From: Thermoplasmatota archaeon
GTDB taxonomy: Archaea > Thermoplasmatota > E2 > DHVEG-1
Assembly (NCBI GenBank): GCA_016927555.1
Contig: JAFGML010000035.1
Coordinates: 1-58,966, forward strand
Direction: 5' to 3'
Length of the DNA stretch: 58,966 nucleotides
Position numbers and translations under genes: made by a program. Shown here piece by piece: positions 1-9,437 of this stretch (the first letter of the stretch is position 1; each line of letters starts with the position of its first letter). A model generated the notes under the pieces. That model worked only from the letters and a program-made list of their open reading frames with translations. It was not told the origin of the DNA and made no database searches.

Positions 1-2
1 AG

Positions 3-75
3 TGGGCCCGTTGAGATTTGAACTCAAGTCACTAGCACCCCAAGCTAGAAGGATACCAAGCTACCCCACGGGCCC
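3..75 (-). tRNA. tRNA-Pro(GGG)
   Basis: Reverse complement GGGCCCGTGGGGTAGCTTGGTATCCTTCTAGCTTGGGGTGCTAGTGACTTGAGTTCAAATCTCAACGGGCCCA folds as a cloverleaf; anticodon arm CTAGC-TTGGGGT-GCTAG; TTCAAAT T-loop; CCA not encoded. Confidence 0.96.
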
Positions 76-166
76 AAGGCACACATGACATCCATGTATG
101 CTGCTACTAGCGTATTCGTGCATCCTAGAAAGCCTTAATATACTTTCTCAGATGACCCCTTTATGT

Positions 167-460
167 ATGATAGTAGATATTTTTACTCTCCTTGGCTTTG
201 CCGCTGGTGTGATTACATCCATAGGATTCATTCCTCAACTCATCCGCGGGTACCGAACAAAACAACTCACCGACGTTTCCTATTGGATGCCGTTAGTTCT
301 CACTGTTGGTATGGCCCTCTGGCTCCTCTATGGAGTCTTACGTAGTGACCTGGCTATCATGATTGCCAACGGAGTCGGTGTCACCTGCAACATCTTGCTT
401 GTACTCCTGAAAAAACGATACGCAACAAAGAAAGTACCAGGACTGCACACAATATCTTAA
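167..460 (+). CDS. SemiSWEET / PQ-loop family small transporter
   Basis: About 97 aa with three hydrophobic helices, PQ motif FIPQLIR, WLLYG and IAN motifs; start moved to ATG 167. Confidence 0.85.
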   Translation: MIVDIFTLLGFAAGVITSIGFIPQLIRGYRTKQLTDVSYWMPLVLTVGMALWLLYGVLRSDLAIMIANGVGVTCNILLVLLKKRYATKKVPGLHTIS

Positions 461-527
461 ATACTATCATACTCCATACCTCCTTAAAAACAAGAACCAG
501 CAGGTTCTCCTCCTCAAGTGACCAGGC

Positions 528-1157
528 ATGAAACCCCGGACAACTAAAAACACTATCCTTGATATCCTTGCTATTTTTACCATCAAAGTCATCTCGAATT
601 GCTTCTGGGAGGTCGCAGACAGCTGGTCCTATAAAAACGAGAAAATAGCGCGGATCTATGACCGCTCTATAGGAAAAGAATATCGCAAGGAGTATGAAAC
701 CTGTGGTATCCCCCCTACCGCCTCTATTTTACACATAGGCTGTGGTGCGTACCCACTCACTGAGATGGTACTTGCGGACTGCAGCAGTGGTCCTATAGTT
801 GGGATTGATAAAAATCTTCACACCGTCCACAAGGCACAACACGTGATACAACAACATCACCTGACCAACCATCTTACGATTATCCATGGTGACGGTTTAG
901 ACTACCCCATAGAACAATTCGATGTCATCATCGTCTCTAGCTGCTCACTGCCAAAAGTAAAAATCCTCACCCACCTCTTTGAAAAAGCAAAATCACACAG
1001 CATCATCATTGTCAGAGAAGTTGATATTGCAGCACAGGAGATCCTTCACTGCATCGATGCACACCAGGACATCACGGTCGAAAAACAAGTCCACCACAAC
1101 CCTTTCCCCTTCTTTGAGCCGATTGGTTGGACGACGCTCTGTTTGAAAAAGAGGTAA
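528..1157 (+). CDS. Class I SAM-binding protein, nicotianamine synthase-like
   Basis: ILHIGCGAYPLTEMVLA resembles the NAS motif FIGSGPLPLT; GID and FDVII SAM-fold motifs. Confidence 0.6.
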   Translation: MKPRTTKNTILDILAIFTIKVISNCFWEVADSWSYKNEKIARIYDRSIGKEYRKEYETCGIPPTASILHIGCGAYPLTEMVLADCSSGPIVGIDKNLHTVHKAQHVIQQHHLTNHLTIIHGDGLDYPIEQFDVIIVSSCSLPKVKILTHLFEKAKSHSIIIVREVDIAAQEILHCIDAHQDITVEKQVHHNPFPFFEPIGWTTLCLKKR

Positions 1158-1201
1158 GGAATCTATTTGAGTCACACACCCTCTACTCTCATGTGAGACA
1201 C

Positions 1202-2251
1202 ATGGAACAGGCAGCAGAAAAAAAAGACCATTTACTGAAACGCCCCATCAGGTTTCTCTTCAAATGGCGGTCGTTTTACCCCTACGAACTCGTCTGCTAT
1301 GTTCTCATGTACGCAGGTGCCACACTCTTTGCCTATGCTACCCTTCCTCCCGCTGGAATCCCACCGTACACCCCCAGTCTCCTACGCATCCTTCTCCTCA
1401 GCATTCTCACCTTATACTCCGGGTTCTTTGCTGCACTTATCTGGAATGACATCACAGATAAAGACATCGATCAGGTGGTGCATCCCACGCGACCCATCCC
1501 TGATGGACGCATCAGTCAATCCCGCTTCTTTGCTATAGCGCTTCTTTTCTCAGCGATGACGTTTCTCTTTGCTGTGCTCACCAGCCCTTGGTGTCTCATC
1601 CTCGTGGGCATGACTGCGTTGTTTGTCACCTTCCACAATAAATACCTCAAGAAAAAAATACACCTCCCAGCGTACTCAGAGATTTTCACCCCGGTCCAAT
1701 GGCTCACCGTACCACTGTTTGGGTTCTTTGCTATGTGGACTGCACTGCCTGCCACAGGGGATAGTACGATTACTGTACCGGTGCTTGGGTACCTCTCTCT
1801 CCACAGCACACAGCTCGTCCCCTTACTGCTCCTCGTGCTATTTACCTACTTTGCTGACGATGCCCACGACCTTGCTGAAGGTATCCATGACGTTGAAGGA
1901 GACCGTTTACAACGTGTGAACACCTACGCAACTTCCTTTGGCACCGCAGTTGCAGCTAAGGTCTCCTGCGCCATGATCATTATCTCAGGTATCTTTGGCA
2001 TTCTCCTCTGGTATACGACCCTCTTGTCTCTCCTCTTCCTTGTTCCCTTTCTCATCCTTTGGGTGTACACCTTGCGCTCTTTCTTCAAACTCGTCTCCGT
2101 AAAAGATGACCTCCAGGGGAAACAGCTCGCGAAACTCATGGGAAAAAAAGGCTATGACTACCTGCTCCTCAGCTACGTGATCCTCTTCTGCGACGTGTCA
2201 TTCCAACTCGTCAATGCCTACTCTCTTCACTGGGTCATCGGACTACTTTGA
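1202..2251 (+). CDS. UbiA family prenyltransferase
   Basis: NDITDKDID..HPTRPIPDGRI Asp-rich motif, second motif IHDVEGD, multiple TM helices; start at ATG 1202. Confidence 0.88.
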   Translation: MEQAAEKKDHLLKRPIRFLFKWRSFYPYELVCYVLMYAGATLFAYATLPPAGIPPYTPSLLRILLLSILTLYSGFFAALIWNDITDKDIDQVVHPTRPIPDGRISQSRFFAIALLFSAMTFLFAVLTSPWCLILVGMTALFVTFHNKYLKKKIHLPAYSEIFTPVQWLTVPLFGFFAMWTALPATGDSTITVPVLGYLSLHSTQLVPLLLLVLFTYFADDAHDLAEGIHDVEGDRLQRVNTYATSFGTAVAAKVSCAMIIISGIFGILLWYTTLLSLLFLVPFLILWVYTLRSFFKLVSVKDDLQGKQLAKLMGKKGYDYLLLSYVILFCDVSFQLVNAYSLHWVIGLL

Positions 2252-3152
2252 CGAGGAGTGCCATCTGAGCCCACATCCGGTTTTCCGCCTCATCAATAAT
2301 CACTGACTGTGGTCCGTATGCAACGTCTTTGGTGACTTCTTGCCCATAGTAGATCGGCATGCAGTGCAGAAAGATGGCATCTGGCTTGGCGTTCTTCATC
2401 ACATCCTTGGTAATCGTGTAGTTCTGGAGGTCTCGGAGTCGTTGCTGCCGTTCCTTCTCATACCACAACGACACCCAGGTGTCTGTAGCAACGACATCGG
2501 CGTTAGCTACTGCATTCAACTCCTCAGTAATCACAACAGCATGGTTCTGAGCTGAGGCAATCTCCTTTGCCGTCCGGTGGTAGTGTGCAGTTGGCCAGTA
2601 CTGCTTTGGGGCAATCACAGTTGTATTCATCCCTACCAGGCTGCATCCCAGCATGTATGAATGCGTCAGATTATCGTTCCCATCACCGATGAACACGAAA
2701 TTCAAATCCTGCAGTCGCCCCTTCTTCTCTTTTATAGTCATGAGGTCGGCAAGAATCTGGCAGGGGTGTTCATTACGGTCTAATCCATTGATGACAGGGA
2801 CTGTCGCATGCGCTGCTAGTTCCTGCAATGATTTTTCATTGATGGCTCGGTACATAATCACATCGACATACCGTGAGAGCACCAAGGCGACATCCTGTGG
2901 AGACTCTCGAGTCCCAATCCCCATTTCCGCGCCTGAAATAAAAATCGCATGACCACCAAGCCGTGTCATCCCGACTTCAAAAGAAACCCTGGTGCGCGTT
3001 GATTGTCGCTCGAAGATCATCGCGAGGGTCTTCCCCTGTAAATGCTGGATTTGTTTACCTGCCTTTGCGTCTTGTTTTAAGGTAATCGCAAGATCAATGA
3101 TGTCCTCGATTTCCTCCCCCACATCGAGGATGGACAGCACATTCTTTTTCAT
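2235..3152 (-). CDS. argF: Ornithine carbamoyltransferase (SMG loop atypical)
   Basis: STRTRVSFE, HPCQILAD, FLHCMP and EAENR motifs. Confidence 0.85.
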   Translation of the reverse strand: MKKNVLSILDVGEEIEDIIDLAITLKQDAKAGKQIQHLQGKTLAMIFERQSTRTRVSFEVGMTRLGGHAIFISGAEMGIGTRESPQDVALVLSRYVDVIMYRAINEKSLQELAAHATVPVINGLDRNEHPCQILADLMTIKEKKGRLQDLNFVFIGDGNDNLTHSYMLGCSLVGMNTTVIAPKQYWPTAHYHRTAKEIASAQNHAVVITEELNAVANADVVATDTWVSLWYEKERQQRLRDLQNYTITKDVMKNAKPDAIFLHCMPIYYGQEVTKDVAYGPQSVIIDEAENRMWAQMALLVKVVR

Positions 3153-3198
3153 ACGACGGACGCTAGGAAACAAGCCCGAGTATATTAAAATTGTCTTC

Positions 3199-4527
3199 TC
3201 ATCTGTTCCTGTGAGAGAAAGACGGTGGCGTCAGCCGTGTGTGCTTCCATTGAAGTTTCGGAACTGGTGCGAACTGTACAAGCACATCGATGTTCTTTTT
3301 GAAAAAATGAGACTCCACGTGTGCAGAGAGTCCAACACCCTTTGGTGGTCGTATGAACTCTATGGTCATCATGTTGTGCCCCAAGCAGGACAGCTCCCGC
3401 TGCGGCTCTATTTTACACACCCCGGTCAGTGGAGTTGTGTGGTGCCCATCGCTGTAGGACCCTGTCATGAGACCTGGCGCTTCACAGATCGCTAGACCAG
3501 ACCAAAATGAATTCTTACGAGCGATTCGTATGTACTCTCTGCTTGTACACGTCATCGTACAGGTGAGAGCGAGGGTTTCTTTCCCTTTGTTTGCCCGTAA
3601 TTGAATTGCAGTTGGATACACGAAATCATGCTCCTTCGCAGACACGGTGTTCGTGTATTGAAAGGAGATGTCAGAGAACTCTGTGTAGGTCTCTCCGTCT
3701 TTTGAAAAGATGAGGATGCCTGCCGCTGGTCCTTTCATAATCCAAAACAGTGCATTACCATAAAATACAGACCACCCGTTGTCAAAGACACCCCAAATCC
3801 AATCATACCCAAGCGGGTTGTTCTCAGTGCTAAAACCAAGTGATTTCGGTAGTCGTATAGTCCGGTTCTGCAGCCACCAGAACACGAGTTTCTTGTACAC
3901 CCAGAGAGTGCTCAACAATCCCGATGCCGTCGAGAGCGGATGTTCGTAATCAAAACTCCCCCAGACATGCTCCAGATACCCTGTTCCTTCAATGGTGTAC
4001 TGTTTCTGTTGTATCCTCAGGGTTCCTGAAATCCTGGTTTTAGGGATGAACCAGTACCGATAGAACCCGACGCCCATCGGCAGCCACCCTTTGGTTGCTT
4101 CTTGGGCAACCCAGTGAGGCTGCGACTCTGCCTGTGAGGTGAACTCAAGGGTGATCTCATGATCAGGATCATGAAACTTCATCTGATACAGCGGGTATGA
4201 TCCTCTCATGAACGACTGCTCGTACTGGACATCGAAGACCTCTGGGTTCTGTTGTAATCGTGTCTGTGGGATGCGTCTGTAATACTCGTAGTACTTATTG
4301 GCGTCCTCGTCAAACACAGTCATGTTGAACACAGACATCTGCTGGCGGTGTTGCGGATCGCCAAACCCCTCAGACATCGCGACCTTCACACTCCACCTCT
4401 TCTTGTCCTCGTGTGACTGAAAAAACGCCTCAATAGACCACCACTCCAGCACACTGTGTGGATGCCCTTTCTCATCTTCACGTGGATGGGACCTGTGCAG
4501 CAGTTTTTTTTGCTTCATTGACAGCAC
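3199..4527 (-). CDS. CrtC/AttH-like lipocalin-fold (hydratase/cyclase-like) protein
   Basis: EWW, GTGYLEHVWG, GYDWIW and YPT motifs typical of the CrtC/AttH/tocopherol-cyclase-like fold. Confidence 0.55.
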   Translation of the reverse strand: MLSMKQKKLLHRSHPREDEKGHPHSVLEWWSIEAFFQSHEDKKRWSVKVAMSEGFGDPQHRQQMSVFNMTVFDEDANKYYEYYRRIPQTRLQQNPEVFDVQYEQSFMRGSYPLYQMKFHDPDHEITLEFTSQAESQPHWVAQEATKGWLPMGVGFYRYWFIPKTRISGTLRIQQKQYTIEGTGYLEHVWGSFDYEHPLSTASGLLSTLWVYKKLVFWWLQNRTIRLPKSLGFSTENNPLGYDWIWGVFDNGWSVFYGNALFWIMKGPAAGILIFSKDGETYTEFSDISFQYTNTVSAKEHDFVYPTAIQLRANKGKETLALTCTMTCTSREYIRIARKNSFWSGLAICEAPGLMTGSYSDGHHTTPLTGVCKIEPQRELSCLGHNMMTIEFIRPPKGVGLSAHVESHFFKKNIDVLVQFAPVPKLQWKHTRLTPPSFSHRNR

Positions 4528-4629
4528 AGTGATTCGCTTCCTCTCTTAAATAGTTTTTAGAAGAAGGAGGGAAGATCGTATGTTAAAGATTTAAATGCAG
4601 CCATTGTCATTCCACGTTGAACGGACAGG

Positions 4630-5610
4630 TTGCTGCGCGTGACGCTTGGAAAAACCAGACTCTTTGCTCATCTTGAGACGATGAGGCCATACACCTTACT
4701 GTGGTGTGGCCTCGTCAGTCTTGTTGGGGCGAGTCTCGCTTACGGGGATATTCCTCCGCTCCGGGTCTCGCTCCTTGCCTTCTTCATTCCCATCCTTGGA
4801 TGGATTGCAGGGTTGTACCTCGCAGATTACTGCGACAGCACTCTTGACGCGATACAGAAACCCCATCGCCCTATCCCCTCAGGTCGCATCACCCGAAAGG
4901 AAGCACTCAGTGTGGGTGCAGCCTATGCAATCGCTGGCTTAGGCCTAGCATTTCTGCTCCCATTGTGGTCTCTTCTCTTTGTGTTCATCGCCGGTTTCCT
5001 CGTGTTCTGTTACGCGAAATTCACAAAAACACGAGGGATCCTAGGGAACCTCACGAGAGGCGCCTTAACAGTTATCACCTACTTCTTCGGCGTCATCTCC
5101 ACCGGAGTATATTCCGCAGTCACCCTCCCCATCGTCCTGCTCTCCCTCGTGTTTTTCTTCCATGACACCAACAGCAACATCATCGGTGCCATCCGAGATG
5201 TTCATGGAGATCGTACCGGTGGATATCATACAACACCCGTGATGTATGGTATTCGCATAGCGCTGTATCTCTCCCTGTGTCTCAGCGTGCTGTACCTTGC
5301 TCTCACAGGCGGTATCGTGTTTGTCTTTCCCCTCATCAATAACATCTCTTGGTTCCTCTTCATCTTCTGTATAGGCATTGGTATTCTGACTACTATGTAC
5401 GTAGCGCTGTTCACCTCCCTGCCTGTTCCAACTCAGAAGCAGTCCTTACGTGCCCATGAGTTATTCGTCGCAGAACGCATCGTCTTTTCCTCTGCGTTTC
5501 TGCTTGGAATCGCATCCCAACCTCTGCCGTCTCTGTCCTTATTTCTCCTCTCACTCCTCTTGACTCTACTGTCCCAGCATCTGCTGAGAGAACGATATGA
5601 ATTAACCTAG
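4630..5610 (+). CDS. UbiA family prenyltransferase
   Basis: MRPYT, DYCDSTLD..KPHRPIPSGRI, IRDVHGD; multiple TM helices. Confidence 0.88.
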   Translation: MLRVTLGKTRLFAHLETMRPYTLLWCGLVSLVGASLAYGDIPPLRVSLLAFFIPILGWIAGLYLADYCDSTLDAIQKPHRPIPSGRITRKEALSVGAAYAIAGLGLAFLLPLWSLLFVFIAGFLVFCYAKFTKTRGILGNLTRGALTVITYFFGVISTGVYSAVTLPIVLLSLVFFFHDTNSNIIGAIRDVHGDRTGGYHTTPVMYGIRIALYLSLCLSVLYLALTGGIVFVFPLINNISWFLFIFCIGIGILTTMYVALFTSLPVPTQKQSLRAHELFVAERIVFSSAFLLGIASQPLPSLSLFLLSLLLTLLSQHLLRERYELT

Positions 5611-5619
5611 GGATCCCCT

Positions 5620-6558
5620 ATGAATGTGTTGGTCACAGGAGCCTCAGGCTTCATCGGATCTGCATTGGTCAAACGACTTACCACTGAGGGGTTTTGCGTT
5701 CGTGCGCTCATCCACAACACACCTCCTGCAGAACTGGACTGTCAAGTACGCTACATTGTCGCCGATGTCACAGACCCCCAATCGTTAACCACAGCAGTAC
5801 AGGACGTTGACGTGGTGTTCCACTGCGCTGCCCTCGTCAAGGACTACGGCTCAACACGGGAGATACTCAACGTGAACTACCAGGGGACTCGTCATCTGGT
5901 TGAGTACTGTGGCACGCGCCTTCAGCGATTCATTTACCTAGGTCACCTGCATACCACACAGACGAGACGTGTGGGAGCGTACAGTCGTTCAAAAGCACTC
6001 GCAGAAGACTACCTCCTGCAACAACATCAGCGCAATCATTTTCCAGTCGTCATCATCAGACCCGGGAACGTCTACGGGCCTGGACAGGCTACCTGGGTGC
6101 TCCGGCCACTCCGTGCGATTCAACACGACCGGCTTCTGCTCATCGACCATGGGAAAGGAATCTTCCTTCACACCTACATCGACAATCTCATTGATGCACT
6201 GGTCACCTCGATGCATGCACCCTCCATCATTGGAGAAACCATTGATATCACCGATGGAGATGCAACAGTCACCTGGAAGCAGTACCTCAACTCTCTTGCC
6301 AAGGTTACAGGGAAACCGCCCCTCACCAAATCCCTCTCAAAAACCACCGCGCTCCTTCTCGGTTACGGACTACAGCTGAGTGCACGCCTCACGCACAAGG
6401 AACCTCTGCTCACACCTATGGCTGTCCATCTTTTTACTAGACAGTGCTCCGTATCACTGGAAAAAGCAGCAGCCTTGCTTGGGTACCACCCCTCCGTTGA
6501 GTACGAGGAGGCTATGGAACGGATCCGGATCTGGTTGAAAACCCACCACTACATTTGA
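5620..6558 (+). CDS. NAD-dependent epimerase/dehydratase (extended SDR, 3-beta-HSD-like)
   Basis: TGASGFIG, HCAA, YSRSK catalytic YxxxK, RPGNVYGP. Confidence 0.9.
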   Translation: MNVLVTGASGFIGSALVKRLTTEGFCVRALIHNTPPAELDCQVRYIVADVTDPQSLTTAVQDVDVVFHCAALVKDYGSTREILNVNYQGTRHLVEYCGTRLQRFIYLGHLHTTQTRRVGAYSRSKALAEDYLLQQHQRNHFPVVIIRPGNVYGPGQATWVLRPLRAIQHDRLLLIDHGKGIFLHTYIDNLIDALVTSMHAPSIIGETIDITDGDATVTWKQYLNSLAKVTGKPPLTKSLSKTTALLLGYGLQLSARLTHKEPLLTPMAVHLFTRQCSVSLEKAAALLGYHPSVEYEEAMERIRIWLKTHHYI

Positions 6559-6612
6559 GAATAACCCAATGTTTAAAGGAGCGGAACTGCATTTCATCCC
6601 TGAGCACGTCCT

Positions 6613-7287
6613 ATGGCTGCCTCTCTGCTTGAACGTCTCTTGTCCCTGCTACAAACCATGGTGTTTCAGCTCATTGGTAACAAAATACCGACTAACGCGT
6701 TGAAACACATCATGGACCTTGGGTTTGTCCTGTTTGAAAAAGTCAGCTGCAAATTTGAGGTTCTCTCAACTCTTTACCTCAAAATGTACTCAGACATCGT
6801 TCGAAAAGAAATCGCACTCGCCAACATTACCGATGGAGAACACGTACTCGTCATCGGCAGCGGAGCGCTACCAGCAACACCGGTACTCATCGCGCAGTAC
6901 TCCTCTGCACAGCGCGTCATCTCTATTGACAACGACCGATATGCTGTGAGAGAGGCAAGCCGCTACGTCCAAACCCATCATTTGGAACAGAAACTCTCAA
7001 TTGTCTACGCTGATGGTGTCAATTACCCTGTTGAGCCGTTCACTGTCATCTTTGTCCTCTACGGAGTCAAACACCCTCAGGAAATACTTACTTACCTCGC
7101 TGGTGCTGTGAGAGACGACACACGGATTATCTTTCGCGCAATCACAGATATCACTGGTCAACTCACAGATAGGAGCATCCGGCTCTCACCACTGTTCACG
7201 ATACAAAAGAAAGTACACACTGAAACACTAGGGTCCTTTGACTCGTTTCTGTTAGTGAAAAAGACATCACTCCATCCTGAGAGTTAA
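6613..7287 (+). CDS. Class I SAM-binding protein, nicotianamine synthase-like
   Basis: VRKEIALA followed by VLVIGSGALPATPVLIA, resembling the NAS/CntL motif; SID. Confidence 0.62.
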   Translation: MAASLLERLLSLLQTMVFQLIGNKIPTNALKHIMDLGFVLFEKVSCKFEVLSTLYLKMYSDIVRKEIALANITDGEHVLVIGSGALPATPVLIAQYSSAQRVISIDNDRYAVREASRYVQTHHLEQKLSIVYADGVNYPVEPFTVIFVLYGVKHPQEILTYLAGAVRDDTRIIFRAITDITGQLTDRSIRLSPLFTIQKKVHTETLGSFDSFLLVKKTSLHPES

Positions 7288-8603
7288 AACTTGAAATCTC
7301 GTTTATAGTACCGCCGGAAGGTGTAATTCGTGCCTGCAGGAAGCACCGCTGCCGTGGTTCTGACGATGGCAAACGTCCGTAGGGCACGCATCACCACATT
7401 GGGTATCGAATAAAACTCTCTTGCGACCTTGCGTGATCCTTCAAAGAGTTCTTTCTCTGTCATCTGCTTTGGTTTGAACACGACATCAACCTGGTTGTAC
7501 CGCATCCAGTCCTTCGTAATGATCCGTCCTTCACGCTCCAGCCGATCGTACAACGGTGTCCCAGGATACGGGGTTAAGATATTGATTTCCACGGCATCCA
7601 GCTCCCAGTCATACATCTTCTCAAGCGTCGCGTCAAAAATATCCGGTGTATCTTGGTCAAACCCAAAGATGATACCCCCCTGCACCGCCATCCCATGCTT
7701 GTGTAATCGCTTTATTGTCCGGCGGAAATCCTCGACCTTGTTCACTGTTTTTTTAATCCCATTCAGAGACGCTTGACTGACTGATTCAAACCCAACGAAC
7801 CACTCCACACACCCTGATCGTTTCGCCAAATCCAGGAAATCATCGTCGATTTTCCCAAGCACGTTGGCATTCCCGTTTGAGACCCAGCCTTTCTCGACTT
7901 TCTGCTTGATGAGTTCCTTGAAGAGCTCCCGGGAGTACGGTGGATTCACCGTGAGACTTGGGTCGTGGATGATGTAGATGCGGTTTGGCATCTGCTTGAT
8001 TTCCTCCACGACGTTTTTGATAGGACGGTGTTTGACGCCATGTTTGCAGAAACTCGCAATCGCACAGAACTCACATTGATTTGGACAGCCTCTGGTTGAC
8101 TGCACCGCGCCAAGCAGTGGGTTCTGACGGATTAAATCACGACGGAGCGGTGGAATTGCTGCCATATCAAAATCTGGACTTGGGCCATAGAATGGTTTTA
8201 GCACACCGTTCTGGCAATCAGCAATCAGCTCAGGCCAGGTCGCCTCTGCCTCCCCAAGGATAATGCTATCCGCATGCTGTTTTGCTTCCTCAGGCATCGC
8301 GGTCGGATGGTACCCACCAAGGACTACTTTCTTTCCTCGTCTGCGGAACTCATCAGCCAGTGCATACACATGAGGCGCAGTCATCGTGTAGCTCGTAATC
8401 CCTACCAGGTCCACGGGTTCATCAAACTTGATGTCCTCATAGTTCTCGTTGATAATCTTCACAGAATGACCCTGCGGGGTGAGTGCAGCCAGATGCGGCA
8501 ACGTGATAATAGGGTACCCAAAGAGAATCAAACTCCATGAGCCTTTGTCAGAGTACGTGGTAGCGCCATGCTCTATCTTTGGAAACACAAGTAGAATGTT
8601 CAT
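7284..8603 (-). CDS. B12-binding radical SAM protein
   Basis: N-terminal B12 domain (VVLGGYHPT, GEAE), CPNQCEFC, GFES, TPYPGTP. Confidence 0.92.
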   Translation of the reverse strand: MNILLVFPKIEHGATTYSDKGSWSLILFGYPIITLPHLAALTPQGHSVKIINENYEDIKFDEPVDLVGITSYTMTAPHVYALADEFRRRGKKVVLGGYHPTAMPEEAKQHADSIILGEAEATWPELIADCQNGVLKPFYGPSPDFDMAAIPPLRRDLIRQNPLLGAVQSTRGCPNQCEFCAIASFCKHGVKHRPIKNVVEEIKQMPNRIYIIHDPSLTVNPPYSRELFKELIKQKVEKGWVSNGNANVLGKIDDDFLDLAKRSGCVEWFVGFESVSQASLNGIKKTVNKVEDFRRTIKRLHKHGMAVQGGIIFGFDQDTPDIFDATLEKMYDWELDAVEINILTPYPGTPLYDRLEREGRIITKDWMRYNQVDVVFKPKQMTEKELFEGSRKVAREFYSIPNVVMRALRTFAIVRTTAAVLPAGTNYTFRRYYKRDFKF

Positions 8604-8666
8604 GTTGCGGGCACCCAATAGCAACACCGTCTATTAAGAGTTATCATCAACGATATCATACCACAG

Positions 8667-9437
8667 TTAGGGAAGGTCATGTTCAGTGGGGCCGATGTAC
8701 TCAGCGTCAATAGAAAACATCTCCCGCATGGGTTTTTCCTTTGTCTGCTCTTCATACACGTGTGCAGTAAGCCCAGCGACCCGGCCTAAGAGGAAGAATG
8801 CTTTTCCCAGCCGCCAGTCAAACCCCATGTCAGAGATGATGGCTGCGATGGCACCATCGACATTAATCGGAAGTTTTTTCCCTTGTGTTTTTTCTAATTC
8901 ACGTTCAACAGCCTTGGACAACGCGATGTGATTCTTTGCGATACCTAGCTTTGTTGCCAGTTCGAACAACCGTTGTGTTCGAGGATCCGCCGTGTGGATC
9001 CGATGCCCAAACCCTGGGATGCGTTTTCTCTGCTCGGTGGCTTCTTTCACAAGAAGTTCTGCCGTCTTTTCAACAGACCGCCCCTCGTTGGTCATATGCA
9101 GCACACCGTCTTGCAGTAACTGTGCTCCTTTTTCAATCGCGCCACCATGGGCATCACCGATGGAGAGAATCCCGGCTGCAACCGCCGTAGGTAACGGTAC
9201 GCCTCCCGATGCAACGGTTCTGGATGCAAGAGACGAAGGTGGTGTCACCCCATGGTCAATACAGGCGGTCAGGATAGCGTCGATCATTGTTCCCTGTTCC
9301 TTTGAAGGGAGTTCCTCCTTCAGCAACAGGTACACCACGTGGGAGAACGGGACATTGCCGATGAGATCCTCCTGTCGATACCCTTTCGTCACAATATGAT
9401 TCGGCTCAATTTTCGTAATCGAGGTTTTCCACTTCAT
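8667..9437 (-). CDS. Citryl-CoA lyase (citrate synthase fold)
   Basis: 256 aa; DHG, HGGA, IPGFGHRIH..DPR, INVDGAIAA. Confidence 0.85.
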   Translation of the reverse strand: MKWKTSITKIEPNHIVTKGYRQEDLIGNVPFSHVVYLLLKEELPSKEQGTMIDAILTACIDHGVTPPSSLASRTVASGGVPLPTAVAAGILSIGDAHGGAIEKGAQLLQDGVLHMTNEGRSVEKTAELLVKEATEQRKRIPGFGHRIHTADPRTQRLFELATKLGIAKNHIALSKAVERELEKTQGKKLPINVDGAIAAIISDMGFDWRLGKAFFLLGRVAGLTAHVYEEQTKEKPMREMFSIDAEYIGPTEHDLP

